In this document: in pieces, positions 18,581 through 28,193 of the stretch
Numbering within the stretch: position 1 is the stretch's first letter
Layout: every line of letters begins with the position of its first letter
Virus record (IMG/VR): IMGVR_UViG_3300032931_001151
Span: 1-64,000 of that record
Direction: 5' to 3' (one strand)
Length of the DNA stretch: 64,000 bases
Position numbers and translations under genes: made by a program
The notes under the pieces: generated by a model
Told to the model about the DNA's origin: nothing
What the model saw: only the letters and a program-made list of their open reading frames with translations
Databases searched by the model: none

Positions 18581-19661
18581 ATCCACCCCCACACCCTCCA
18601 CCGCATGATGATGGCCTTGATCCACACCCACCACTATGATAATTACAAGTAGTTGACTTCGTGCTACCTAAAAGTTTCTTGTTAACTTCTTCAATTCCCG
18701 ACAACTTCTCAATTATCTTCTTATGAGAAGTTTCTTGAATCTCCTTATGTGCCTCAAATTCTTTTACGAGATTGGCCCATTTCTCATACCAAAAGGCTCC
18801 ATCGGGTGATGTAGGTTTCATATTAGTATCTACCTCTATCTTTCTAGACCAATCAGCATAAAGTTTGCCATTAGGATGGAATACAAGTTCATATAATTTG
18901 TTAAGGTATTGTGATGGTTCCGGATGTGATCCTTTCCACAATATTTGTTTATCTTTGCTAACTTGAATGGTTGTTCGACATACTGGACAATCATTACTTG
19001 ACTCAATACCCCATCTCTTCGTAAATATTTTTTCTACATTAGTTGGAGACACATCACCAGCCTCTTTACGGAATGAAATTGAACCAACTTCCAAATGTAC
19101 GAAAGCGTAGGCTATCATATGTTGAATAAATGCTTCGGTAGTTGAATCATTAATTATACAATTAATATTGAATTGATACTTATTTCCGTAATTCCTTATT
19201 ATATTCTTAATATTTGGCGTTGTTGGAACTACTTTACTCTTAAATATCTTTTGATTTTCATTATCATCAAAATGATGTCTTGAAATATTAATATGAGTAA
19301 CTACTTCCATAAGTTTCAAGTCATCTTTAAGCCAACTTTCTAATGCCGATCCATTAGTAGTTAGAACGACTCTATCCCATTTTCTATTTGAATTCTTTAT
19401 TGTATGTAGAATTGCACCAAGATGACCACTAATAGTTGGTTCCCCGCCAGAAATAGATAATGCCGGACAAATGCTATAAGGAATTTCATTAAATGCTTTA
19501 ATGAGGGATTGGATGTAATCGGAAGGTGGAACTATTTTACCGTCCTTACTATTCCAAAAACAAAACCCGCACTTAGCATTACAAAAGCCAGGTGTAATAA
19601 TGGTGAAATTAGGTTTATGACCACCTTCCGTGTATAAATCGGTTAGAATATTATATTTCAT
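18573..19661 (-). CDS. Radical SAM protein with a Gly/Cys-rich C-terminal tail
   Basis: CNAKCGFC (CX3CX2C), ISGGEPT, TTNG, NISRH; ends HSGGCGSRPSSCGGGCGGGCG. Confidence 0.9.
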   Translation of the reverse strand: MKYNILTDLYTEGGHKPNFTIITPGFCNAKCGFCFWNSKDGKIVPPSDYIQSLIKAFNEIPYSICPALSISGGEPTISGHLGAILHTIKNSNRKWDRVVLTTNGSALESWLKDDLKLMEVVTHINISRHHFDDNENQKIFKSKVVPTTPNIKNIIRNYGNKYQFNINCIINDSTTEAFIQHMIAYAFVHLEVGSISFRKEAGDVSPTNVEKIFTKRWGIESSNDCPVCRTTIQVSKDKQILWKGSHPEPSQYLNKLYELVFHPNGKLYADWSRKIEVDTNMKPTSPDGAFWYEKWANLVKEFEAHKEIQETSHKKIIEKLSGIEEVNKKLLGSTKSTTCNYHSGGCGSRPSSCGGGCGGGCG

Positions 19662-19990
19662 TTTTTCCTCTTATTAACTTCCTTTATTAGTCTTTCAACA
19701 TAATCCCCAAATATTACATCAACCCACTCTTTACTTGTTTTTTCATCTTTGAACACCTTAATAGCCATATCTACCCAAATTTCCTTTAAAGTAGCATCTT
19801 CATTTCGGAGCCACTTAAAGAAGATATCTTTTTCTTTCTTATCAAACTTCCATCCTTTTTTTCTTGGTTGTAGGAAATATTGAATATAGGATTGACTAAC
19901 GGCTTCTCCCCTTACAAGGAAAATAAATTCCATTAATTTATTAAGAGCATCGTCTTTCATCTCGGGAGTAACTTTAAGTTTCTTTTTCAT
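19658..19990 (-). CDS. Hypothetical protein
   Basis: 110 aa, ATGA overlap. Confidence 0.65.
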   Translation of the reverse strand: MKKKLKVTPEMKDDALNKLMEFIFLVRGEAVSQSYIQYFLQPRKKGWKFDKKEKDIFFKWLRNEDATLKEIWVDMAIKVFKDEKTSKEWVDVIFGDYVERLIKEVNKRKK

Positions 19991-19993
19991 ATA

Positions 19994-20305
19994 TCACCAT
20001 GTAAATTCGTGTAGTTCACGATCACATGGATGGCCAGGATCTTGAGATGCCGCATAATGATATTTAAACCCCTCAGCTTCAAACATCTTAACAAGAGTTT
20101 TAATTTGTTGGTCATTTAAACGGTGTGGCCAATCCCTAAAGCTAGAAGTTTCCCCATCAAAAGGATAGATTAAACTATCTTTTCCTTTACTAGCAGCATC
20201 TTCCATTCTTTGTCTAATAATTTCATATGCCTTTCTAACAGCCACCGAGTCTTCATTATAAGCTACTTTATTTGTTAATAACCTCATTTTATCTGCTAAT
20301 TTCAT
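19994..20305 (-). CDS. Hypothetical protein
   Basis: Start moved to the ATG at 20305 after AGGAG and promoter 20325-20352. Confidence 0.7.
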   Translation of the reverse strand: MKLADKMRLLTNKVAYNEDSVAVRKAYEIIRQRMEDAASKGKDSLIYPFDGETSSFRDWPHRLNDQQIKTLVKMFEAEGFKYHYAASQDPGHPCDRELHEFTW

Positions 20306-20324
20306 TTTATATCTCCTTTTAAGG

Positions 20325-20352
20325 ATTATAACAAGTGAAATTAGAAAGTCAA
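20325..20352 (-). promoter_or_regulatory. Early promoter TTGACT-N16-TATAAT
   Basis: Read directly. Confidence 0.8.
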
Positions 20353-20642
20353 TGCTTTGGTTTTGGGTCAACTTTCGGAGGAAGAATAGTCGCTATAATT
20401 TTTGATTCGGCGGCATATACAACATTAAACCATATATCTTTATACTTGACATGAATGTGATGCTTACCATATCCAAGATCTTTTTGATAATCTCTTGCCC
20501 ATGATTTTCCTTGACAAATTAAACTCATTTGTTTCAAATCATCATTATTTAACTCTACGCCATATCTCTCTTTAGCCCTCAAAGTTGCATGGGGGACTTT
20601 TGGAGTTTCGGAGTAGCCATAAATTTCTATTCCTTCTTCCAT
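20349..20642 (-). CDS. Hypothetical protein (HA..R..ER motif; RelE/DUF4258-like fold possible)
   Basis: HATLRAKERYG..NVVY..IATILP. Confidence 0.5.
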   Translation of the reverse strand: MEEGIEIYGYSETPKVPHATLRAKERYGVELNNDDLKQMSLICQGKSWARDYQKDLGYGKHHIHVKYKDIWFNVVYAAESKIIATILPPKVDPKPKH

Positions 20643-20815
20643 TTATCGCTTTCTATATGGCCCAGTCCAAGTATGCTTACTCTTTTCATATGGCGGCTTC
20701 TTATTATTAAGTTTAATAGAAAACGCACCCACATTGCTACCTTTGTTTTCCTCTTGTTCATTGAACAAATTTAAAAACCATTTTACTAACCACATATATT
20801 CTCCTTAAGTGATAT

Positions 20816-21274
20816 TTATCGTTTAAAAAGCCAACAAATATCTTCTTCTAACAATTCTTGAAATTCTATTTCACTCACATCAGTTTCAGAATCATATTCT
20901 CCTTCATGATTAGGACCCGTAGTAAACTCATGCAATTTTCCAACTATCTCGAAAAACTTTTCTCCCGTTGGTTTAACATAAGAATCTACAATATCTTGCA
21001 CAATACTTTCATTAAGAAGTTCGTGGCCATATTCCATATTAATTGCTCTTTGAGGGCTTGAAGGATCACGTTGGTTCATAATAAAATTAATAGTTCTACC
21101 AGTTTTTGATAGAAAATTGAAGCCGTGACTCCAAGTTTCCACTTTAAGAATCTCAATTTGCGATTTCTCCCATTCAATTTTCTCTTGGGTAGATTGATCA
21201 ACATCAAAATCCCAAGTATGGACTACAACCCTAAAATCGCAAAGATACGGTAGATTAGACATTTTTATCCTCAT
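20816..21274 (-). CDS. Hypothetical protein
   Basis: Acidic ORF in the run. Confidence 0.65.
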   Translation of the reverse strand: MRIKMSNLPYLCDFRVVVHTWDFDVDQSTQEKIEWEKSQIEILKVETWSHGFNFLSKTGRTINFIMNQRDPSSPQRAINMEYGHELLNESIVQDIVDSYVKPTGEKFFEIVGKLHEFTTGPNHEGEYDSETDVSEIEFQELLEEDICWLFKR

Positions 21275-21767
21275 GATAAGGTTTTATTGAAACAACTCTT
21301 CCGTTTGATTTGGCAATAGCATTATCCATGTCCCTATTAAATCCTTCAATCATTTCTTCATATATTTTCCCTTTAGCGGAGAAAGTATTTTTAAGTTGAT
21401 CCTTAACATCCGAACTAAATATGTAACTAAAGAATCTAGTTCCACATTTCCAATATGTTTGGTAGTTGAACGACTCGGAATTCAATGCTTCTAATAGAAA
21501 TGGAATATGTGTAACCATTAACTCAAAATTCGTATCACCTATAGTCTCTTTAACTATTGGAGTTCCTATTCTTAACATTCCACCAAAATCAAATAATATT
21601 TCTTTAATTGGAATTACTTTAAATTCGTCCCAACGATCAATAACATGAAGAGGATCCTTGTTATAGTTAGTATACTTGTCTTTGACTACTTGTAAACCAA
21701 TTTCGTCAACAAACCATCTACGTGATCCGCTAAATTCGTTAATTGGTGTAACTTTGTAAAAGTTCAT
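21255..21767 (-). CDS. Hypothetical protein
   Basis: 170 aa, ATGA overlap. Confidence 0.7.
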   Translation of the reverse strand: MNFYKVTPINEFSGSRRWFVDEIGLQVVKDKYTNYNKDPLHVIDRWDEFKVIPIKEILFDFGGMLRIGTPIVKETIGDTNFELMVTHIPFLLEALNSESFNYQTYWKCGTRFFSYIFSSDVKDQLKNTFSAKGKIYEEMIEGFNRDMDNAIAKSNGRVVSIKPYHEDKNV

Positions 21768-22797
21768 AGAATTTCCGTTATAGCATCGTCATCTATATAT
21801 GACAATATTGATGCTACGGTATTATTTGTTTCTCGTCTTACTCCAAGATAATCGTAATATGCCGTGTTACCTTCAATAATGATGAAGTTAGTGCCTAAAG
21901 GTGGAATTATATAGTCTTCCGAACTGTGTTGATTAAGAAAACTTAATATTATGTTCTTTTTAATTGAGAATTTTTTCATTTTGTTGGTTCCTTTATTAAT
22001 TCGACTTGATCGGTACTAACTGAAATAATGTTTCCATTCTTTAATCTAATTTTAAGAATCCTTGACGATCTATTAATAATAGTATCTAATACAACACCTT
22101 GCATAGATATAGAAGGAATGTTTACTTGTTTATCTTTCCAGGTTTTTTCAAAACTCTTTATTTGGTAAATAGATAGAAGAATTATACTAAAGAAAATTGA
22201 TATTAGGATAACAATTAATATTGAAGATTTTACCATAATCACAACTCCCATTGATAGTTTCTATAATATTCTTCAATTATATCAAGACAATTGGCAATGT
22301 CAACTTCATAAAATAATGTTGGATTATTAACTTCTCTCAAATAGTTAACAATGAACCATTGCCCAAACCTTAAATGGGCACTTTTAGGATCGGATCTATA
22401 TTGAAATAATAGTTTATTAAACGGTGGGGGATGCATTATTATTTTCGCTTATTAGTTTGTCAAGATACTTTTTTGATAAACATGAAGTATCTATGATTTT
22501 ATTTAAATTCTTTGCATTAGTCTCTTTTGCGGATAGTTCAATAAAATAAAAAGTACAATATTGTCTTAATGGGCTATCAACTAGATAAAGATAATAATTT
22601 CTAACAAATTCTACATTCCCATGTTTTAATAATGTGATTACTTCATCTTTTATACTTTCATCAAGTCTTGGGATGTTTAATTCTTCGCCTAATGCTGTAT
22701 ATAAAGATGGCCTATCTAATGAAATACAAACTCCTAGTGTTGTGCTAGTATGACCATTGGAATAAACCCAATTACCGTTTTTAATTATATATGTCAT
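21764..22797 (-). other. Run of four small hypothetical CDS (21764-21979, 21976-22251 with a TM segment, 22239-22436, 22417-22797)
   Basis: Overlapping start/stop codons, consistent strand. Confidence 0.6.
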
Positions 22798-22799
22798 TA

Positions 22800-23399
22800 T
22801 TACTTCCTCTTAATAAAGGTTATACCTTTATAGGTTGTTATTGACTCTAATGCGCTTTGAGTAGTGTGGAGATTATCTACTAACATACTAATAAATTGTG
22901 TTGCCGTGAAATTGTCTCTATTAAATCTAGAGGCTAAATCGCCACTCGTGTATGGCGGATAGGAGGTTTCTAGGTCTTCAATTATATAATATCCACCACT
23001 TTTTACCGAATAAAACATCTTCATAAATGTATATATAATATCTTGCGAATAGTGACTTCCATCATCAATACAAATATCAAATTTAGGAGATTCATTTAAA
23101 AGTGACGTAAGCAACTTCTCGTCTGTTTGTACACCATATCTAAATTTGATATTGGGATGATCTGGATATGAGTCCTTTAAGTCCCCTGAAGATCCATCAT
23201 CAACACCGTAAATCGTTCCATGAGGAAAAAACTCTCCCCACATCATCAATGAAGCACCTTTATGAACTCCAAATTCAACCATGGCAATCGGAAGAGATTG
23301 AAGGTGTTGAAGATGGTGGAAGTAGTGCTTAATGTATCCATGACATGATTCTTGCTTGTCGGTTCCATACTTAATAGCCAATTGTTCTAATTGGTTCAT
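22800..23399 (-). CDS. Class I SAM-dependent methyltransferase (sugar O-methyltransferase-like)
   Basis: YGTDK..HGY, VEFGVHKGASL, IDDGSH, GGYYIIED. Confidence 0.85.
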   Translation of the reverse strand: MNQLEQLAIKYGTDKQESCHGYIKHYFHHLQHLQSLPIAMVEFGVHKGASLMMWGEFFPHGTIYGVDDGSSGDLKDSYPDHPNIKFRYGVQTDEKLLTSLLNESPKFDICIDDGSHYSQDIIYTFMKMFYSVKSGGYYIIEDLETSYPPYTSGDLASRFNRDNFTATQFISMLVDNLHTTQSALESITTYKGITFIKRK

Positions 23400-23668
23400 T
23401 TCAATATTCCTTTTAATTTTCTTTCATAAGATTTAATATAAGCGATTTGATCTTCTTGATCAACATCATATCGTGGCATTGGATGAAAGTCAATAGGATT
23501 CTTTCCTTGACTTATAAGTTCTTGTTTTTCCTTTGAAATTAATTCAAGTACCTTATTATATTCTTTATTGACTAACTCTATAGTAGATGGATCTTTGCAA
23601 GAACAACAATACTTAAGCAATCCAATAAGCATTTGTTGTCGTAAAATTAAATCACTTAAAGTGGCCAC
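23396..23668 (-). CDS. Hypothetical protein
   Basis: 90 aa, coupled. Confidence 0.55.
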   Translation of the reverse strand: MATLSDLILRQQMLIGLLKYCCSCKDPSTIELVNKEYNKVLELISKEKQELISQGKNPIDFHPMPRYDVDQEDQIAYIKSYERKLKGILK

Positions 23669-24833
23669 AAAACCTCTTTAAATCTTCCGTATCATTATTT
23701 AATTGTCTAAACCAAATATTAGTTAACATTGCTCGTTGAGCAACCCCAATTTTTGACTTGTCTTTGGAATTGGAAATATCTAAAATAGAAATAATCTCTT
23801 CTCCGCTAATTTTTAACTCTTTAGGGGTTATTGCGAAATCCATCATATCTTGAATAATTAATACCACTTGGGTACTAACCTCTTGAAAAACACTTAATAA
23901 AATATGTAATTGTGGTTTTAAGTTGCCTATGATAGTATGTGGTAATGCCTTATCATCTACAATTCTTCTGGCTAACTCTACCACCTTAATGCAATTAGCA
24001 TCGGGCTTCATTATATTAAAGTCTCCACCATTTAAAAAGAATGCAACAAACATCCCAATTATCTTTTCTTCACCTTTTAACGAACTTAATTTAACTTTGA
24101 TAGGATTGAAAGTATCCCCAAAAACAACTTTCCCAATAGTTAATTCGTTTAATAAGTCAATTAATATAGAGGTATTTCCTTTAGTCCATGCTTTCTTTAA
24201 CTCATCAAAGATTCTCTCACCAGAAACACTCTTTAATGTGGGTGCTAACTCCTTAATAGCCTCTTTAGTTTCTTGGGAGATAGTAAAGCCTAAACGAGAA
24301 GAAAATTGAATTGCTCTTAAAATTCTTAAACTATCCTCAGAGAACCTATCAAATGGATTCCCAACCGTTCTAATGACTTTATTCTTAATATCTTCTAATC
24401 CATTATGAGGATCAATTAAACCACTTAAGTCATTATTAATGAAATTCCTTAATGGTAATGCCATTGAATTTATCGTGAAATCCCTACGAGATAAATCTGC
24501 TTCAATAGTAGCATTTGGGTCGGTTTGAACACTAAAATCCGTATGAGAGTTACCAGTTTTAATCTCTTTGATTCTTGGAATAGCAAAGTCAAATTCTTGA
24601 CCATGTACTACACCCTTAACGATGCCAAAAGATTGACCAACTTCTCCAGCTTTACCTATCTTATTAATAGCATTAGAAATTTGCTCTAAAGTTACTTTTC
24701 TAACTAAAAAGTCAATATCTTTAGGGATAATTCCTAATATCTTATCACGAATTGGTCCACCAACAACAAAGATTTCGGCACCAACTGACTCTAAGGTGCT
24801 TAAAATCTTCTCTAAAGTTTCTTTATTATCCAT
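23652..24833 (-). CDS. cca: CCA-adding enzyme / tRNA nucleotidyltransferase (class II)
   Basis: VGGPIRD, DIDF, DLSRRDFTINSMA, FSEDSLRILRAIQFSSRL, SGERI. Confidence 0.9.
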   Translation of the reverse strand: MDNKETLEKILSTLESVGAEIFVVGGPIRDKILGIIPKDIDFLVRKVTLEQISNAINKIGKAGEVGQSFGIVKGVVHGQEFDFAIPRIKEIKTGNSHTDFSVQTDPNATIEADLSRRDFTINSMALPLRNFINNDLSGLIDPHNGLEDIKNKVIRTVGNPFDRFSEDSLRILRAIQFSSRLGFTISQETKEAIKELAPTLKSVSGERIFDELKKAWTKGNTSILIDLLNELTIGKVVFGDTFNPIKVKLSSLKGEEKIIGMFVAFFLNGGDFNIMKPDANCIKVVELARRIVDDKALPHTIIGNLKPQLHILLSVFQEVSTQVVLIIQDMMDFAITPKELKISGEEIISILDISNSKDKSKIGVAQRAMLTNIWFRQLNNDTEDLKRFCGHFK

Positions 24834-24850
24834 TTTATATCCTTTAACGG

Positions 24851-24878
24851 ATTATATGAGAAACTTAAGAAAAGTCAA
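24851..24878 (-). promoter_or_regulatory. Early promoter TTGACT-N16-TATAAT
   Basis: Upstream of cca. Confidence 0.8.
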
Positions 24879-24884
24879 CCTATA

Positions 24885-25124
24885 TTAATTTTTGGGATCG
24901 TCAACATCTTCGGGAAATGTAATGTAAACCCGAGTGGAACACTCTAAACAAGCATTATATCCAAGTCGGTCACTCTTACAATACATCCTTGACACATGCC
25001 CATTCTCACACCTAAACTTTACAGGTTTAGCATCTAACCATCTCTCGGGAAGTCCAAGAAACCGTTCTCCGGTTTCTTTTAAATCGGCATCAATTATTAT
25101 TTGTGGTCGCATATAATTCCTCAA
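24885..25124 (-). CDS. Small zinc-ribbon protein
   Basis: RCENGH..CLEC..TFPED. Confidence 0.6.
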   Translation of the reverse strand: MRNYMRPQIIIDADLKETGERFLGLPERWLDAKPVKFRCENGHVSRMYCKSDRLGYNACLECSTRVYITFPEDVDDPKN

Positions 25125-25531
25125 AGTAATGGTAAGTGACCGGTAATAGCATCAATGATATCCGAGTTTCCCGGACCAATAGCACAACAAGTTACTGTTT
25201 TAACTCCTTTAAACTCGGTTAACCCATTATCATATTGTATATGAAATGGTATCCCTTGTTCTTTGGCTTTTTCACAAATATCAAATATTTCACGTTCGCT
25301 ATTAACAGAAACACAAATTTTCTTATAATCGCCAAAGATCCAATTGTCTAACGGAAGGGATGACTTCTTATGAACTGTTATTGTGTAAGTATACAAATCG
25401 CCCGATTCGGATATGCTTATATTACTATAATCTAATAGTGACCACATTACAGCATGACCGGCTTGTGCTGCTATTTTTCCTTTTCGCATATTGAGATCTT
25501 TTCTCATTACAATAACTTGCTTAGTTTCCAT
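25121..25531 (-). CDS. pth2: Peptidyl-tRNA hydrolase, Pth2 family
   Basis: KQVIVMRKDLNMRKGKIAAQAGHA, KKIC, DNGLTEF, TCCAIGP, ITGHLPLL. Confidence 0.95.
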   Translation of the reverse strand: METKQVIVMRKDLNMRKGKIAAQAGHAVMWSLLDYSNISISESGDLYTYTITVHKKSSLPLDNWIFGDYKKICVSVNSEREIFDICEKAKEQGIPFHIQYDNGLTEFKGVKTVTCCAIGPGNSDIIDAITGHLPLL

Positions 25532-26034
25532 TTTTAGCCTTCTTTCTTTTTAATCTTTCAACTCTCTTTATGAACTCGGGAGAATCATCGTAATGAGGAT
25601 TATCAATTCCTTTTCTTCTATGCATTAAACATTTACGGCACATATATCTTGAGAGAGAATCGGAATTCCTCCAATTCCACCAAGATACAAAATTATCGTC
25701 AATGTATTCGTTATTCATTTATAAGTTTTTCTAGTCCAACTTTTCTCATATCATGTGCCATCATACGGTTAAGTAGTTCAAGTATTTGATCAATTATAAT
25801 ACACTCAACGTTACTTTCTTGACCATCGTATTTTTTAATCTCCTTAACATATTGCTTAATAAGTCTTTTAACCTCTTTAACTTTATCAAAATTCTTACCT
25901 TGTTTTAGTCCTTGAGGATAGAATTCAATATCTCGATTCTCTTCAAAAACCTCTTTAATCTTCTTTGGAAGTTGTTTGAAGTCGTCTTCATGGATTGTGA
26001 AGTGCATTAATTCATCTACAAAATCTTTACTCAT
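25521..26034 (-). other. Two small hypothetical CDS (25521-25718, 25711-26034)
   Basis: Coupled ORFs between pncA and pth2. Confidence 0.6.
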
Positions 26035-26630
26035 ATAATAATAATTCCTTTATCTTTCATTGATTGGATTGCTACTTCAAGAGTGCCTTTAGGAGTATCT
26101 ACGGCTCGGCAAGCCCAAGTATTCACGCTTACTTTATATCCTAGATTAACCGCATCAATAGCCGTAAAAGCAACACAATAGTCGGTGGCTAGGCCAACAA
26201 TAGTAACTTCTGTTACTCCATTTTCCTTGAGAAATGCATCAAGACCAGTAGGATTCTTACCATCATTATCAAAGAACCCGGAGTAACTATCCACGGTTGG
26301 ATCCATTCCCTTACAAAACACGAATGGAATATCAAGAAGGTCGGGATGGAATTCAGCACCACGGCTATTTTGTACACAATGGTCGGGCCAAAGAACTTGT
26401 GGCTTACCGTTTAGAGTTCCAAGAGTAAACGGGGCTACTCCTTGGGTGGAAGCAAAACTACCATGTTCTTTAGGGTGCCAATCTTGAGTCGCAACAACCA
26501 AATCCCCTTCTTTAAATGCGGCGATCATCATTGCATTAATAAGGGGTACAATTCTATCCCCCCCATTAATGGCTAGTGACCCGCTTGGACAAAAGTCATT
26601 TTGAACATCAATAATTAATAGTGCTTTCAT
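26031..26630 (-). CDS. pncA: Nicotinamidase/pyrazinamidase
   Basis: IIDVQNDF, TQDWHP..H.SF, WPDHCVQ, KG..DSYSGF, GLATDYCV. Confidence 0.95.
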   Translation of the reverse strand: MKALLIIDVQNDFCPSGSLAINGGDRIVPLINAMMIAAFKEGDLVVATQDWHPKEHGSFASTQGVAPFTLGTLNGKPQVLWPDHCVQNSRGAEFHPDLLDIPFVFCKGMDPTVDSYSGFFDNDGKNPTGLDAFLKENGVTEVTIVGLATDYCVAFTAIDAVNLGYKVSVNTWACRAVDTPKGTLEVAIQSMKDKGIIII

Positions 26631-26647
26631 AAGTTTTCCTTTTTAGT

Positions 26648-26675
26648 ATTATATAAAGAATCTGCAATAAGTCAA
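26648..26675 (-). promoter_or_regulatory. Early promoter TTGACT-N16-TATAAT (pncA-pth2 operon)
   Basis: The -35 box overlaps the stop of the upstream gene. Confidence 0.8.
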
Positions 26676-27178
26676 TGATGACTTACTTTTATATGTGGAA
26701 TATGATTAAATAAATCGCCATGTTCAATTGCCGAATTTAACGGGCCATCATTATCTGAAAAATTAAGGGAAACTACAATTTTATCTTTATTTTTTTTCAT
26801 AAAATCTTTATATTTTTTCTCTATGAATTCTTCATGATCTTTTATATACTTCTCATAAGCATCTTTGTACTCTTTGGATTTATAGTCAAGCCCACTAGTA
26901 TATGTGCAATAATCCGGACCATCATCATAGTGGCCGCTTAACTCATTCTTTATTGATTCTTCATCGTTTGGCTTGGCGTCTTGAATTTCATTGTAAACTC
27001 TTTCGGCCACGTCATTTAAACTAAAACATTCCGAACTATAGCACGCCGAGTAAGCAACTTGATCTTTCTTAAAAAGTAACTTTTTAACTTCTTTAATAGT
27101 CGTTGGAAGTTTCTCTAAAGAAACAATAAAAGACGACGAACTTGAATTTGTTACAAACCCGTTACGAAATTTTGCCAT
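26672..27178 (-). CDS. FVTNSSSSSF-leader protein 4
   Basis: MAKFRNGFVTNSSSSSFIV. Confidence 0.85.
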   Translation of the reverse strand: MAKFRNGFVTNSSSSSFIVSLEKLPTTIKEVKKLLFKKDQVAYSACYSSECFSLNDVAERVYNEIQDAKPNDEESIKNELSGHYDDGPDYCTYTSGLDYKSKEYKDAYEKYIKDHEEFIEKKYKDFMKKNKDKIVVSLNFSDNDGPLNSAIEHGDLFNHIPHIKVSHH

Positions 27179-27179
27179 A

Positions 27180-27425
27180 TTATAATTCCTCTACTTTATA
27201 ATCTTTTGGGTTAATCTTTAATTTTTTGAAAAGCGTTTCAATACTATCATTTTCCATAAAAGTAGTACCTTTAAGTTCATTTTCTAAAAATGTAACTTCC
27301 CAAAAATCCCCACAAGTATTGATATATTTCAATATTTTAGTCATTTGGAGATCGGTTAGATTCTTCTTTTGTAGAATGAAACTACTTGAAGAAGAATTAG
27401 TTACAAAGTCACTTCTAAATTTCAT
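27180..27425 (-). CDS. FVTNSSSSSF-leader protein 3
   Basis: MKFRSDFVTNSSSSSFIL. Confidence 0.85.
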   Translation of the reverse strand: MKFRSDFVTNSSSSSFILQKKNLTDLQMTKILKYINTCGDFWEVTFLENELKGTTFMENDSIETLFKKLKINPKDYKVEEL

Positions 27426-27428
27426 ACA

Positions 27429-27794
27429 TTATTCCTTTATATATTTTGCAAAATCTTTATATGTTCCAAATTTCCCTTGTATTGTAGCAAGGATTGCCTC
27501 TTTTGTCAACCCTAGATCTTTCATAAGGAATTCCAAGATTGCATCTCTATCCATTTCTTTGAATTGGCAAATTGGGCAACATTTGATATCAACTTCGTAT
27601 GGATAGTCATCATTATCTTCTTTTGCTAAGTCTTCATCAATTAGATATTGTTCATCAAATGTGTGATTAGATTTACAAGTACACATTTGACAATCACTCA
27701 AAGATAGATCCATCCCCGATTCTATTCTACCGGTAACTTGGCAAATGAATGAAGATGAACTTGAATTAGTTACAAACCCGGCTCTGAATTTCAT
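27429..27794 (-). CDS. FVTNSSSSSF-leader protein 2, Cys-rich (probably metal-binding)
   Basis: MKFRAGFVTNSSSSSFICQ..CQMCTCKSNH..CCPICQ. Confidence 0.85.
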   Translation of the reverse strand: MKFRAGFVTNSSSSSFICQVTGRIESGMDLSLSDCQMCTCKSNHTFDEQYLIDEDLAKEDNDDYPYEVDIKCCPICQFKEMDRDAILEFLMKDLGLTKEAILATIQGKFGTYKDFAKYIKE

Positions 27795-27797
27795 GTA

Positions 27798-28193
27798 TTA
27801 TTCCTTTTCTAGTAGAATTATGTTTTTCCCGTCACATATATCATTCATTTGGTCATTAAGTATATCGTTATGATAACTAATGCACTTTTTGTATACCACA
27901 TACCCATCATTGATTAATTTTCTATATTTATCAATATCGGAAGTAGTCATACAAATATATTCTCTTTTTAAATAACTATTTAAGTCGGATTCAGTCGAAA
28001 ACAACTTTTCGGCCTCATGTGTATCATTACTATCTTCAAATTCAAACATTTGCTTAATAGAGTTAATAATAAACCTCTTCCAAATCTCATTGTCAACTTC
28101 AATAAACTTATCAATATTATCTAATCCACCTTTAACGGCTATAATGAAACTTGATGAACTTGAATTAGTTACAAAACCATTACGGATTTTCAT
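27798..28193 (-). CDS. FVTNSSSSSF-leader protein 1
   Basis: MKIRNGFVTNSSSSSFII; the ATG at 28193 overlaps the radical SAM stop (ATGA) after AAGGAG. Confidence 0.85.
   Translation of the reverse strand: MKIRNGFVTNSSSSSFIIAVKGGLDNIDKFIEVDNEIWKRFIINSIKQMFEFEDSNDTHEAEKLFSTESDLNSYLKREYICMTTSDIDKYRKLINDGYVVYKKCISYHNDILNDQMNDICDGKNIILLEKE

Noticed and set aside
27128-28175. NSSSSS motif as a nucleotide repeat or slippage artefact
   Set aside because: Ser codons differ between copies and mix TCN with AGY, so conservation is at the protein level; kept as the main finding.
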